DNA from: a virus
IMG/VR virus record: IMGVR_UViG_3300025732_000030
Span: 1 to 64,000 of that record
Length of the DNA: 64,000 nt
Strand: one strand, 5' to 3'
Of this stretch, positions 50,801 to 57,973 are shown piece by piece (position 1 is the stretch's first letter; each line of letters starts with the position of its first letter). The notes beneath the pieces were generated by a model. It did not search any database, was not told the origin of the DNA, and was given only the letters and a program-made list of their open reading frames with translations. Position numbers and translations under genes: made by a program.

Positions 50801-51470
50801 AAAACCTATTTATAATTTCTATGAAAATGTAGTGGCTAATGTTCTTAAAAAACAAGGTTATACACCTACACAAGTTACAGATGAGTATGGTAATACTTGG
50901 AATGAGGTAATAATTAACCAAGCTAGAGATTTACAAAATGTATTGTTGCAAAAAAATGAAGCAGATAAAATTATAGGTCAAGCTAATATTAAAGCTATGA
51001 CAGTATTAATTGATGCTGTAAATCAAAGACAAGATACATTACCACATGAGTATGCTCACCATTATATTGCTTGGTTTAGAAATACTCCTATTGTTCAAGA
51101 AGGCATTAAAAGATTTGGTAGTGAAGAAGCATTAGTACAAGCAATTGGAGAACAAGTTGTAAAACAAAAAGGAAATGCCTATAATTGGTGGAAAAAGTTT
51201 ACTAACTTTATCTTAAATCTATTGTCTAATAAACAAGTGTTACAAGTATTAACTGATAGTTTCTTAAATAGAACAAACTTAAATGAAGTTACCTATAATG
51301 AAGAAATGGAAAGTCAGGAAATAGAAACTGAAACAACACAAGAAAGACAAGAAAAAATTGATACTTTAAATGAACTAGAATTTAAAAATTGGTTCACAAA
51401 TGAAGCAACTAAAAATCCAGATTTAGATATCTTAGATGCTCTAGATTATTATATGAAATGTAAAAGATAA
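38847..51470 (+). CDS. Virion RNA polymerase polyprotein (phi14:2 gp66-like two-barrel RNAP) with accessory domains
   Basis: GADFDVDKL catalytic motif (45918-45932), preceded by RIPVQG and ADGQGWI; also P-loop STPGSGKTT, HEAWH, a NADAR-like domain and HEYAH. Confidence 0.9.
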   Translation: MKIVCALSPKQVENLYKDIYKNMLNSLEADKAFNANDYMKTLFTQIAEKKDVPTAMKFLQQVPSIMRAVGVKSQFDNLDISLDALKPLVTDFKNEKDGFKNVLNYFKPEMSDKDKLELLVANQFISSLPTEIEDPKEIKDPFRFKPFSWLSTTFQQLIQLNPLNKLKLLSEKPDANKNRIYNTIDKIQAAISAEQALVTDGTLTVAGKVLKLKPVRLLDLYDTNQADIDNTTAQDVIRTKSIKNRPAGVETQDTIALVLSDEDGNYYHFTEDGNFSTEEEGGKIVYQFMRNVNKDNTTGEYVAVNQYGYDDQIQTPEMIAEKLEITVEKAKELQQEELKNLYEIKQAVVNNQQNPLLNVVELSAGVPESLAQKKISLKNLRSLPFVNNATFKTITPVIEKGSDVSAVITLNGTIYPVDKPDLSEVLIQKITSVLTNPKLSNKQKYDFVNQFLSDKASMKARRHTLLYNPGTDALTFQYTEKTNADGTGGTYTLLNDQLNNKYDLVYDVLRYAKGDSRKGKPFPAKMTYNIDVLSRNGYQDYNIETGEISDEYTPYIPLLETLDAADIKISESTDPGFYNTYIRFSIPSDISIDATEEPKVRSQYVGKFIYSTPGSGKTTLANTDENIIDTDELIVEEMNKRHPDFKQEANEPIQEFILRYVIKYDHKAEINKIVLNQVKELTASGKTVLTGTMAFIKDVDVVFRMNPTSSRAIERFGSVEKAKDFAKKEKDEANKAKKKSIETKGIEQSIMTSFVSEPVTQTPKEERDNIIEPENTPKPEEGGLGSLLDDEMYRSGKNLDLENITSEDIKNAETWWNNSPLSKFIDFKTMVNIVNSDVYAKFIAYGAVLNNKYGEIQIGQRTSIVDVYHEAWHGFTQLFLTPTERKALYDEVAKQEGSFTLLNETTVKFSDATYGQLEEYLAEEFRTYAKEQGVKANSPKRNSIFRKILNFLKNLFKSKNTKDKLFNELYLAGKNKKNSQKFLNKYSPLVNTFSFKELNRGIENVVEPTIDALDKQDSNLVSKSIDSFFSLRADKNSEETGTKEATIRIFTNEKTKEKVYAEAKVDFQNKLDTAKEELEKIQDDPTKALEIEKLQNKIRIFETALKNWGDKKSGVIAYHNENSDYKIINKKFKEIKDEEEDDTTTQSQTANSKTVENSSQGETLGIKDDTQTKSLLDLASSETIVLLSSLHKIENGKTVLNELGYPELADFATTWNNTIRALNGEKNPSKMLENIRTSAQTIYPEFKQLLRKLPGYTIENGKIVINEKNRFEVKTLSAFWQDFQKTRVTYLQTTIFDNNIAEVTKASIETMSLMRKFQAKFKSDLENKFIGRSAENVAFLKVAEVVAEFGKDGKLDSDRAYEFARAIGLYLDDLSIIKNELNLNQKAKQMYGLIYIYRAMYDIDNAMKNPKTTQKTVTEINEFLLDPIGKLTSGFSAGTIAEKEVRQKNAIDRILGLQAKYGFDSANFAVLNAEKNLVFEHIDDHTISYITYALNKMDNLSEAWTPGSEFEYMSYLNPLINSFTTRLGIINTLFDKNDTEDGVYNWAKRSGKSLQLFINSGTQVEAIDDGTNTTSLDARGKFLQELHSMLKGGMIEFMRHASKSSSFGARIDGEGGILGGVGKGTDTRLWVDIDKFAVGNAYEYVVKNHMIPYIAGELERINKFKANKELFKTYKGYNRVLADGTMAGENFTAFDNVLTKDTKAKILEAVTDPNIRFEDYIKTNPKLYKEILEEITKYFTDQTKDLQNYYNEAKYLSPDLLDKLSVFNLDQEKVEEVLMSAYAVNSWVQNFETATLFYGDIVQYNHEKEEMHKRNSGATSGGLKIRTDQSIRRYLTELNGKLSYAQAEGLETLAYTGTYNSAIIQDIKRESVYSPIIERELRKDYTERLKGKVPADKLSEEVEMRVAQDLKPYAKMEEADGQGWITIDAYRNLKMASDQWSDLQEELFKKIINKQPVKYSDIIEFFPVYKVQNFGHLANTALPVMAMHKFALAPLIPPMIKNSDLESLHKQMIKNNIQYVTFPTGSKVGSVTSQVNEKGEAVADKIYDDKDQKSLKTNIKFTPNKVYLEYLKDVTKVPVSYKNKTVFATQLRKLILSNLYRNGELTVKNQVLIKDYEDAVDAYGEFLKMELLNEIGYTFEDGKYIGNFKNFLELVQRELGRKNIPEHHIEFVNMNPDNSLKTDLSFHLRADEIEKIIVSLIEKRLVRQKIKGEALVQVSSAMTNGIWDNQIQFDKADIEQVRKFMGTNNLPFYNYNKDRTSAMKVAIALQGDFVNLLNLDYKGEKIGTRERLNQAIKDDEWLNANDGANRKAITMIAVRIPVQGLNSMEYMEVYEFLDEAAGPIIIPPSEIVAKSGADFDVDKLTTFMPSLDKSGKFVESAISNERLQNLLNQNKDTEEGKQMNARLLSTQKAALENKLITSISNILSLPENYASLVRPNATYLLKDAIADKIADKVTDYNRFDNYHGEETRLNEKGEKAISPTRVLEPLYNLHKHEANMIGKKVLGIVAIYNALHPVLNSLGASMPKTYRYKKSKERKSRIFLPVNKTKDGRISLSETTTVDGDLISELYSQLMNGSVDVEKDAWIFFIQGNEELIGLMAMLLKSGVPREHAIKFLSQPLVREYAKEQRLLKSSYSDLITDNSGIPKTQLTVNYYGEPIEIKIPDKEIAAARVLSRFGVDKPMRFVKGNADQASLDAFIKKGNILNKEGVFDLKLLDAILEDPNNPARKDQQIATLLHVMELEKQFSGYQELMRLSNPDTSISKTLQQVLNRNVLLDEIENDSRVESKIVNALRKESILSTFFDNQIVQDLVEPVFPLRNSKDISNIIIGLIKNNSFQITKRFGDTEKFISEIKNNMVNSVFQNYMMGYVQSEKDLLNIPSDLLAKYFTKDVFFQNTGYSFAEDIFDIINQHPELKDKYSLLSQLSIPEVKDGQKILTLNNSRLLSKGNIAEQYYQNIVALADPNVSKVDDPVQNKYISDMFRVLPLMAIYQNGVGYSRFGFNEILPFEDYVTIMNNAAVDFNNQSFENKQLYMDRVFSISMNPKNRIFKNFVSAAFASTIPTFEKKNRFTVIPQSGVKDAKAVVKSSISTQFIGFGEGIVGKDGKRSSTQIYREQVGNLANTGKYSSTDVIFVSVPGLRGDAAITKREQDKTIKEAIKAIEAEATILVDNKAYTFDSKNTYNTGEKRLFQNLEAKGYNYSEITIDGVKIGTWSKSRTTQAPISTGVEISSNAKGLAAALTNPTELAKSKGNLTQSYPIEFNGKTYKDVEAAYQALKDKSESITKPTKENSKNYKLMVDLIKAKLQQHSRLVSEITKQGGSTWVLSSTHQPTNANTVWETGGKNWFIEALNDAYLSTQPTTAPTVITEIKPEDITFKSNRLETFERQGDLESVKGYGLIIKGQPNVDLFTFKDDSEWVIIDNKSKLLIPIRGGISTKRDIAKLLSNDLTFHISKERNRKLLEGIGFNFTQEQKPGDQLDLFNQRTINPNQKFDKVLAKKIQDKLEKLYPEIKLNISNTPVWEQGDNVLNQEQYNNQVNYRIKTVDILLTPKADQVFAKGIKNKWTLDKILTELQIPKNQKGLIERVIETMPYFEGIPFNAQLAYAIASTYNYTIEINTSKDKIEDAFGNVWVDKYPNKKIGDYITIDNKQWKITGTRFEDDSWGDSGLEQRESFIVGSEGENTQYYSNLTVPGGTNYTEQEVTTPGVVPNIKGHAQFATDKGIGWFRSDERTNSLKQFNEFEIGDTWYAQGSINMYGREYYGKIVGNNEGVEISKEEFEKAKQEFISSNPSYTDNTKTRRILEVQSDLFQKGRDKYFLYEKEGKQTVLGTQIIDSSENQFLQLLNKDNNWVTFFVKSIIQDSAKKGYEKVLFPSGNTASKVEGHTTLEEFKKQKEDRIKELEKDENIYHLALILDKSDSGILDSFPTKEEALIAINRNNKEIQELDSSSELTYELREKNLNLNEINQLKQELERIEGPEGFGALKPIYNFYENVVANVLKKQGYTPTQVTDEYGNTWNEVIINQARDLQNVLLQKNEADKIIGQANIKAMTVLIDAVNQRQDTLPHEYAHHYIAWFRNTPIVQEGIKRFGSEEALVQAIGEQVVKQKGNAYNWWKKFTNFILNLLSNKQVLQVLTDSFLNRTNLNEVTYNEEMESQEIETETTQERQEKIDTLNELEFKNWFTNEATKNPDLDILDALDYYMKCKR

Positions 51471-51475
51471 ATATT

Positions 51476-54400
51476 ATGTCATTCTGTTTAAACTTTGGTG
51501 ATCCTAATGTACAAAAAATGGTAAAAGATTTTGGAGAGGTTAAAGTCTCTAATCTTATCCAGGAATTTTTTAATAGTGAAACACCTATATATGATGATTT
51601 CATTAAAAATAAAAATGTTAAAGAGGCATTAGGTTTAGTACCTATATCTAAAGTGAAACAAGAAATTGGTAAAAGCTTTCCCAAAGAAATTAGTGGAAGC
51701 CAAATGATTAGTTTAAAGAGTGCCGTTTCTAGAAAAAACAACTATAATTTTAGTAATAAAATTTCAGTAGTATATTCTTTATATAACTTAGAGCAAATAG
51801 GGCAAGCAGATTTAAATACTTGGGGTCTTAGAAAAGTTAAAGGTAAATTAGATATTGATGGCAAAATAGATAGAGCAAAATCTAGAATTGTAGATGCTGG
51901 TCAATCAAATAAACCTGTATCAGAATTAGAAAATCTAATTAAAACAGGAGCATATATAAAACCAGAATTCAGAGAGAAAACTCCTGAAGAATTATTATAT
52001 GAACAAGAAGCTAGAAAGATACAAGAGGAGGATGCTAAAAGAGCAGGTGTAGATTATAGCGATGACTACTTATTTGGAAGAAATTCTGAAGGACAATTGG
52101 GTGTAGATCCAAATATTACAGAAGCAGAGTTCAGAAGACAAGCAGACATTGTAACTAAAATGGCAGCTGTAGAAGAAGCTACTGCAGATAATTTTGATGT
52201 TAAAAAAGAAAAAGCTATTGAGGTTGCTACAAAACTTGCAGATAAATTATCTGAAGCTATGAATGTAGAATGGGAGTTAGTAACTCCTGAAGCTGCTGAA
52301 ATATTATTAAAAAATACTCCAACAGAATATGCCGGAGAACCAGCATTTTTCTTTGGTAATAAAGTATACTTTGTAGAAGGTAATCTATCACTTGATAATG
52401 TACTACATGAATTTGCACATCCTTTAATAAAGGGAATTGAGCAAGAGAATCCTGAGCTATTTGATAAGTTATATACTGAATTAAGTATGACACCAGAGGG
52501 TCTAGATGTTATAGCATATATAGAAAGGGTATATCCAAGACTTCAAAAAAGCACAAAAGCATTTATGCGGGAAGCATTAGTTACTTCTATTGAAAGAAAA
52601 GGTACAGCTCCATCTTCTAAATTTAAAAAATTCTTAGACAAACTAATGTTTGCTATCAAGAAAATTATTAGAAAAGTGTTTAGCCCGCAAGCAGCCGCAA
52701 AGATTAATTTAAATAAATTAAGTCAAAGTACCACTTTAGATCAATTAGCAAATATGCTTGCTAATGAGGAGTTTGAGATAGAAACAGTTGATATTTTAGA
52801 TACTGATTCTGCAGAGTTTAAAAAACTAGAAAATAATATTTCTAGAAGAATTGCAGAACTTAAAGAATTACCGGTTGAAAAATTGCAAGAAGAGATTAAT
52901 AGAATCTATGACAATAACATGCGGCAGCTTAATAGTTTAAAGCAAGTGCCATTTAAAGTAAAAGATTTATTAGTTAAAAGTGGTGGTACAAAAATTTTAA
53001 ATTATATTCGGGAAGAGCTTTCAAAATATCAAACAGTTAATGTAAGAGCAGAAGATATTGATCCAGAAAATGTTATCAGAGCTGTAGAAGATATAGAAAA
53101 AGAAACAAGACTTAGAGCCCTTGCTTTAATAAACTCATTAAATGAAATAAAAATATTTACTGAAAGTATTGAAAAAATTCTTGATGATTTATCAAAAGTA
53201 GAATCACAAACAAATGAAAATATATCAAGAGTTGTTTATTATAAAACTTCATTACAAAATCAAAAAGATTTAATAGATAACTTAAAAGATATAGGATTAG
53301 ATAAAGAAACTTTATTTTTTAGTACTCTTAACTCAATTCAAAATTCAATTGAAAAAGCTAATAAAAAAATAGAAGAAATTGAATTTAAGTTTATATCTGA
53401 TTTCTTTACAGATGAGACTGAATTAATGAAAGGCAGTGTTGAAAAAAATTTAAAAGAAAGGGTTGGTATAATCTTAAAGGCAGAGGGATATTCTGATGTA
53501 GAAATAGATAAATTTATAAATAATGTAATTGATACAAAAGATAGGGAAACATATACATTAAAAGATCTTGGTTTAACTGGAGTAAGTTCAAGAAGAGCAA
53601 AACTGGTTGTTAAGGCTGTAAATGAGTATATGTTTAAAAGATTGGGTAAACAGCAAATTGAAGAATATTTAAAAGGGCAGAGAGGAGATATTTCATTTTT
53701 TACAGGATTTATAACTCCATATGCAAATATGGATGATCCAATTTCTGGTTCCTTTACAAGATTTATAAAAACTAAAATATTTGAAGCTCAACAATCAGCA
53801 CAAGATCAAGCAGATGAAATAACATATAAATTACTACCATTATTAAATGCAGTAGGTTATCAACCACATAAAGTAGATCAACTTGGTGATATGCTATTAT
53901 TTTTAGATAAAGTTGGTTATGTAGATAATAATGGAGATTTTCAAGAAAAAGAAGTTTGGACATTCAAAAATAAGTTTAAAAATTATAAATATGATTTAGC
54001 AAAACTTCAAAATGATTTTGCAGTTGCAAGACATAACAATGATAAACAAGGTATGAAAGATGCTTATCAAGCAATTCAAGACTTTGAAGAAAAATATATG
54101 CATAGAAAATATACAAAAGCTTTTTATGATATACAAAAAATTTGGAATACCGGATCTACAGTAACTGATCCTTTTACAGGAGAAGAAATAACTGTATCTC
54201 CTAGTGTAGCATTTGATGCATATGTAGAAAGACAGAATCAACTTTCTAAAATGAATACATTAAAGAATGTTAATTTCTTAGACTTAGAGGACTTATATGA
54301 TTTTAATGACTCAGAGGAACAGGCCAGATTAGAATATAATAGGTTATTTGATATATATTCCTTAGACGGTAAACCAAAACAAGGTGAAGAACTTCAAAGA

Positions 54401-57400
54401 GTGTTATTAAGAAAAAAACACCGGGAGCTATCTAGAAACATGTATGATTATGATGTGGATAGTGATAGAGTACAAAAAGATCTTGACAATTTTCATAATA
54501 GATTATTGGCCAAAGGAATAGACCCAGAAGCAGAGCCTAAAGAAGGAGAAACTAAAAATGAATATCAAAAACAGATTGATAAGTTCATACGGGCTAATTT
54601 TAAAACAGCTTATACATCTAAGTTTTATTCTGAAAGAAAAAGAATACTAAATGAGATTAGACAAATTACAGAAAAAGTTGCTAACAAAAAATCTCAGGTA
54701 GCTTTAGATTTAGCTGAGTTATATAAAACTAGATATAATTTATCAGTATCTACATCAGATGCAAATGGACAACCAAATGGTTTAAATCTTTCTCCCGAAC
54801 AAATTAATCTTTTAAAGAAAATAGAAGATGAAATAGTAATATTAGAAGAACAATTTAACAGAAAAACAGGATTAACAAAGGATCAAACAGCTAGATATGA
54901 TTCTTATATTGCAAAGGCAGCATCTGGAACTAAATTAACTGAAGAAGAAAAAAAAGATTATCTAGAAATACTTTCTGTTAAAAATGAAATGGGATTAAAT
55001 TCAACGGAACTAGCGGCACTTAAAGCTAGATTTGCTGAACTAAGAGAACTTGAAAGTAAAATACCTACAGATTATTATTTAGAAGCATTTAATTATGCAA
55101 TAAGGAATTTAGAACTTCCAGAAATTGATATGGATAATGCAGATAAGTGGATTAATTCAGATGACTTAACTAAAGCATTAGAAAATCCAGAATTTGCAAA
55201 ATGGTTTGGTAGAAATCATTACCAAAAAGAAGTATTTGATTTGGATTTAAATCAGAAAGTTGTTAAAAATTTTAGAACAGCTGCTTGGAGTATGAAAGTT
55301 CCAAATAATTCTGATCATTTCTTTTCAACATCTATGATTGATCCATTAACAAAAGAAGAAATACAAATTCCAGGAAGACCAACAGGAAAATATACTAAAA
55401 GTAAAATAAAGAATGAGTTTCTAACCATGCCAAAAGGAGAAAATTGGGATAATTATGTAGGAACTATTATAGATAACAGAGGGAACTTTTTACCAAAAGA
55501 ATACATAGTTGGTAATTCAGATTCAGCATTTGATAAAAAATATCAAAATGAAGAATATGAAGAAATAAAAAAGAATGGTGGCCCAGAGTTTCAGCTATTA
55601 AATGCAATAACTGAATCTATGTTACAAATTCAAAAAAATAAACCTGTTTCAAGTAGGTTATATTTAGAAATGCCAAGATTTAGAAAAAGAGGCAATTTAG
55701 AATATCTAATGACTGGGGAAACTAAAGAAAACATAGTAGAAAAAATTGGTGGATTTAAAGGTCTATGGAAAACATGGTTTGGTAGAGATATAGATGATGC
55801 AGAGTTTGGATTTAACCATGATCTTAATTATAATTTAGTAACTACAGATTTAGAAGGAAGGCCAGTTAATAGAGTTAAAATAAGGGGTTTATATAATTTA
55901 GAACAAAAACGTGTTTCTAAAGATGTATTGAGAGGTATGTATGACTATCTTTTGTCATTAGAAGAACAAAAAGTACTACTGGAAAATGAACCAATTGCTA
56001 AAGCTTTAGAAAGTGTTCTTGATAAAAATGGTGTAAAAGATCTAAATAGAGTTGATAGAGAAGAATATCGTAGAACTGGTAAAAAAGAATTCATTAAAAA
56101 AGAAGGAAATAGAAGACGTGATGTAATTAACCATATGGTTGAAAAAATCTTTTATGGTAAAATTGCTGGAGACTTTTCTGATGAACATCCAACAATAACT
56201 AAAATTGTTCAAGGATTATTTAGAAGATCATCAAGAGCATTCATTGCATTTGACCCACAGTCAGCTATTAAAAACCGTTGGGGGATGCTTTATCAAAATG
56301 CCATATATGCATCAGGTGGTAAAAATGTTACACCACTGTCATTAGCTAAGGGATATGCAAAAGCTAAGCAATCTGCAATGTACTGGGTTTTTAAAGATAT
56401 TTATGAACAAGGAATTAAATCAGCTGATATACAGTTAATAGAAAGAATGGACCCAACAGCAATGTTTGGTAAAAACTTTGGTAAATCATCTTCAAGATCA
56501 AAATTAAAAGACTTAGCAGATTTAACTTATGCTTATGACTTTAGAAGAACTATGGAACTTGAAGCAGCCATGGAAATGTTCTGGGGTATAATGTATAATA
56601 AATATATTCCTCAAGCAGGTTCATCAGAAGATATTACTTATGCAGATGCATGGGAAACAGATGATAAGGGGATTTTAAAATTAAAAGATGGTATTGATCC
56701 AGCATATGATTATAAAAAAGTGGATCATGAATATAAATTTGGAGATACTTTTGAAAGTATTGGTAAAAGATATAATATAACTGCTGAACAAGTTAAACAA
56801 AGAAGTGGTATAACAGATATGTCAAAACTTGAACCTGGAGATAAAATTACTGTAGGTAATATGGAAGAATTTATAAATATGAAATTCTTACAACAAGGTA
56901 TACAAAAAAAGACAACAGGTTTAATGGATGTATTTGATACACCACAGGCTGAAAAATATTTAGTTTATCGAGCATTCACTTTTTATAAAAGATTTGCTAC
57001 AGGAATATTTCTTGACAAATATCAAATAGATACAACTAAAGGTAATAGAGGTGGTTATGTTTATAACTGGGATACTAATGCTTTAGATAAAGGTTATTAT
57101 ACCAATACTTTACAAAATGTTTGGAGACTTATAAGATCTGTTGGTAAAGATTTGGCAATAATGACTGAAGATGAAAAAATAGCTACAAGAAAAATGATTA
57201 TAGAAAATATTGGTTATTTTTTAATAGCAATGATAATTGGTTCATGGTATTTTGGTTTTGACCCGGATGATGAGGACAAGTGGGACAAATTAAAAGCAAG
57301 AGGTACAACAACACAAGGACAACTTGAAAATCATCTCCTTTATCTTTTACTGATGACTAAAATGGAAAATGAAGCTTTTTCTCCTTTAGCTATTTATACA

Positions 57401-57676
57401 CAAGGAACAAAATATTTTAAAACAACAACAATTGCACTAGATAATACAGTAGTGTTATATGGTAAAATTGCACAAGATCTTAAGAATATGGCAGAAGGTG
57501 ATGATAATGAAGCTAGATATAGTCAAGATGTGGGGTCTTATTCTTGGCAAAAGAAAGGGTCATTAAAGCTTTGGAACCATCTTTTTTCAACTTATGGTAT
57601 TAAAGGTAAAAATGAAATAGAAGAAGGTGGTATTTGGTCTATTAAAAAATACCAAGCATTTGAAAATGCTGATTAA
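51476..57676 (+). CDS. Giant cargo protein with zincin, LysM and a C-terminal hydrophobic helix
   Basis: HEFAH (52406-52420); LysM-like HEYKFGDTFESIGKRYNITAEQVKQRSGI...LEPGDKITV (56726-56857); IGYFLIAMIIGSWYFGF. Confidence 0.7.
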   Translation: MSFCLNFGDPNVQKMVKDFGEVKVSNLIQEFFNSETPIYDDFIKNKNVKEALGLVPISKVKQEIGKSFPKEISGSQMISLKSAVSRKNNYNFSNKISVVYSLYNLEQIGQADLNTWGLRKVKGKLDIDGKIDRAKSRIVDAGQSNKPVSELENLIKTGAYIKPEFREKTPEELLYEQEARKIQEEDAKRAGVDYSDDYLFGRNSEGQLGVDPNITEAEFRRQADIVTKMAAVEEATADNFDVKKEKAIEVATKLADKLSEAMNVEWELVTPEAAEILLKNTPTEYAGEPAFFFGNKVYFVEGNLSLDNVLHEFAHPLIKGIEQENPELFDKLYTELSMTPEGLDVIAYIERVYPRLQKSTKAFMREALVTSIERKGTAPSSKFKKFLDKLMFAIKKIIRKVFSPQAAAKINLNKLSQSTTLDQLANMLANEEFEIETVDILDTDSAEFKKLENNISRRIAELKELPVEKLQEEINRIYDNNMRQLNSLKQVPFKVKDLLVKSGGTKILNYIREELSKYQTVNVRAEDIDPENVIRAVEDIEKETRLRALALINSLNEIKIFTESIEKILDDLSKVESQTNENISRVVYYKTSLQNQKDLIDNLKDIGLDKETLFFSTLNSIQNSIEKANKKIEEIEFKFISDFFTDETELMKGSVEKNLKERVGIILKAEGYSDVEIDKFINNVIDTKDRETYTLKDLGLTGVSSRRAKLVVKAVNEYMFKRLGKQQIEEYLKGQRGDISFFTGFITPYANMDDPISGSFTRFIKTKIFEAQQSAQDQADEITYKLLPLLNAVGYQPHKVDQLGDMLLFLDKVGYVDNNGDFQEKEVWTFKNKFKNYKYDLAKLQNDFAVARHNNDKQGMKDAYQAIQDFEEKYMHRKYTKAFYDIQKIWNTGSTVTDPFTGEEITVSPSVAFDAYVERQNQLSKMNTLKNVNFLDLEDLYDFNDSEEQARLEYNRLFDIYSLDGKPKQGEELQRVLLRKKHRELSRNMYDYDVDSDRVQKDLDNFHNRLLAKGIDPEAEPKEGETKNEYQKQIDKFIRANFKTAYTSKFYSERKRILNEIRQITEKVANKKSQVALDLAELYKTRYNLSVSTSDANGQPNGLNLSPEQINLLKKIEDEIVILEEQFNRKTGLTKDQTARYDSYIAKAASGTKLTEEEKKDYLEILSVKNEMGLNSTELAALKARFAELRELESKIPTDYYLEAFNYAIRNLELPEIDMDNADKWINSDDLTKALENPEFAKWFGRNHYQKEVFDLDLNQKVVKNFRTAAWSMKVPNNSDHFFSTSMIDPLTKEEIQIPGRPTGKYTKSKIKNEFLTMPKGENWDNYVGTIIDNRGNFLPKEYIVGNSDSAFDKKYQNEEYEEIKKNGGPEFQLLNAITESMLQIQKNKPVSSRLYLEMPRFRKRGNLEYLMTGETKENIVEKIGGFKGLWKTWFGRDIDDAEFGFNHDLNYNLVTTDLEGRPVNRVKIRGLYNLEQKRVSKDVLRGMYDYLLSLEEQKVLLENEPIAKALESVLDKNGVKDLNRVDREEYRRTGKKEFIKKEGNRRRDVINHMVEKIFYGKIAGDFSDEHPTITKIVQGLFRRSSRAFIAFDPQSAIKNRWGMLYQNAIYASGGKNVTPLSLAKGYAKAKQSAMYWVFKDIYEQGIKSADIQLIERMDPTAMFGKNFGKSSSRSKLKDLADLTYAYDFRRTMELEAAMEMFWGIMYNKYIPQAGSSEDITYADAWETDDKGILKLKDGIDPAYDYKKVDHEYKFGDTFESIGKRYNITAEQVKQRSGITDMSKLEPGDKITVGNMEEFINMKFLQQGIQKKTTGLMDVFDTPQAEKYLVYRAFTFYKRFATGIFLDKYQIDTTKGNRGGYVYNWDTNALDKGYYTNTLQNVWRLIRSVGKDLAIMTEDEKIATRKMIIENIGYFLIAMIIGSWYFGFDPDDEDKWDKLKARGTTTQGQLENHLLYLLLMTKMENEAFSPLAIYTQGTKYFKTTTIALDNTVVLYGKIAQDLKNMAEGDDNEARYSQDVGSYSWQKKGSLKLWNHLFSTYGIKGKNEIEEGGIWSIKKYQAFENAD

Positions 57677-57680
57677 AAAT

Positions 57681-57709
57681 AAAAGGGAAGATTATTTCTT
57701 CCCTTTTTT
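57681..57709. terminator. Bidirectional terminator at the convergence of late and replication modules
   Basis: AAAAGGGAAGA-ttatt-TCTTCCCTTTT with an A-run before and a T-run after. Confidence 0.85.
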
Positions 57710-57883
57710 AACTTTTTTAAATTTACTTATATCAACTCCTACAAGTTCACTTGTATTAAGTTTAAACTTACCAAGTGTACCTTCTTTATCCTTGCTTACA
57801 AGAACATAGCCATTATTTTCTGATACAAAGTTGATATATAATTCTTGGCCATTGAATTCAATTTTCATTTTTTTATTTTTCAT
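57692..57883 (-). CDS. Small hypothetical protein
   Basis: 63 aa, beta-rich with basic ends; same strand as the replication block. Confidence 0.55.
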   Translation of the reverse strand: MKNKKMKIEFNGQELYINFVSENNGYVLVSKDKEGTLGKFKLNTSELVGVDISKFKKVKKGKK

Positions 57884-57903
57884 AAGATTTATAATATAAA
57901 GTT

Positions 57904-57940
57904 AAAAAAAATAGGGGAACAGCCTAAGCCATTCCCCCAT
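57904..57940 (-). terminator. Terminator-like hairpin after the DUF932-like gene
   Basis: On - strand: GGGGAATGGC-TTAG-GCTGTTCCCC followed by TATTTTTTTT. Confidence 0.75.
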
Positions 57941-57973
57941 CTTTGTTGTTATTTATTACCCCTTTTGGGATCT

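Noticed and set aside
1626-54241. Many 60-156-aa minus-strand or out-of-frame ORFs in the ORF track (e.g. 2645-3001, 19588-19977, 40874-41344)
   Set aside because: They are shadows of long + strand genes, with F/L/S/I-rich composition from antisense A-rich codons and no leaders.
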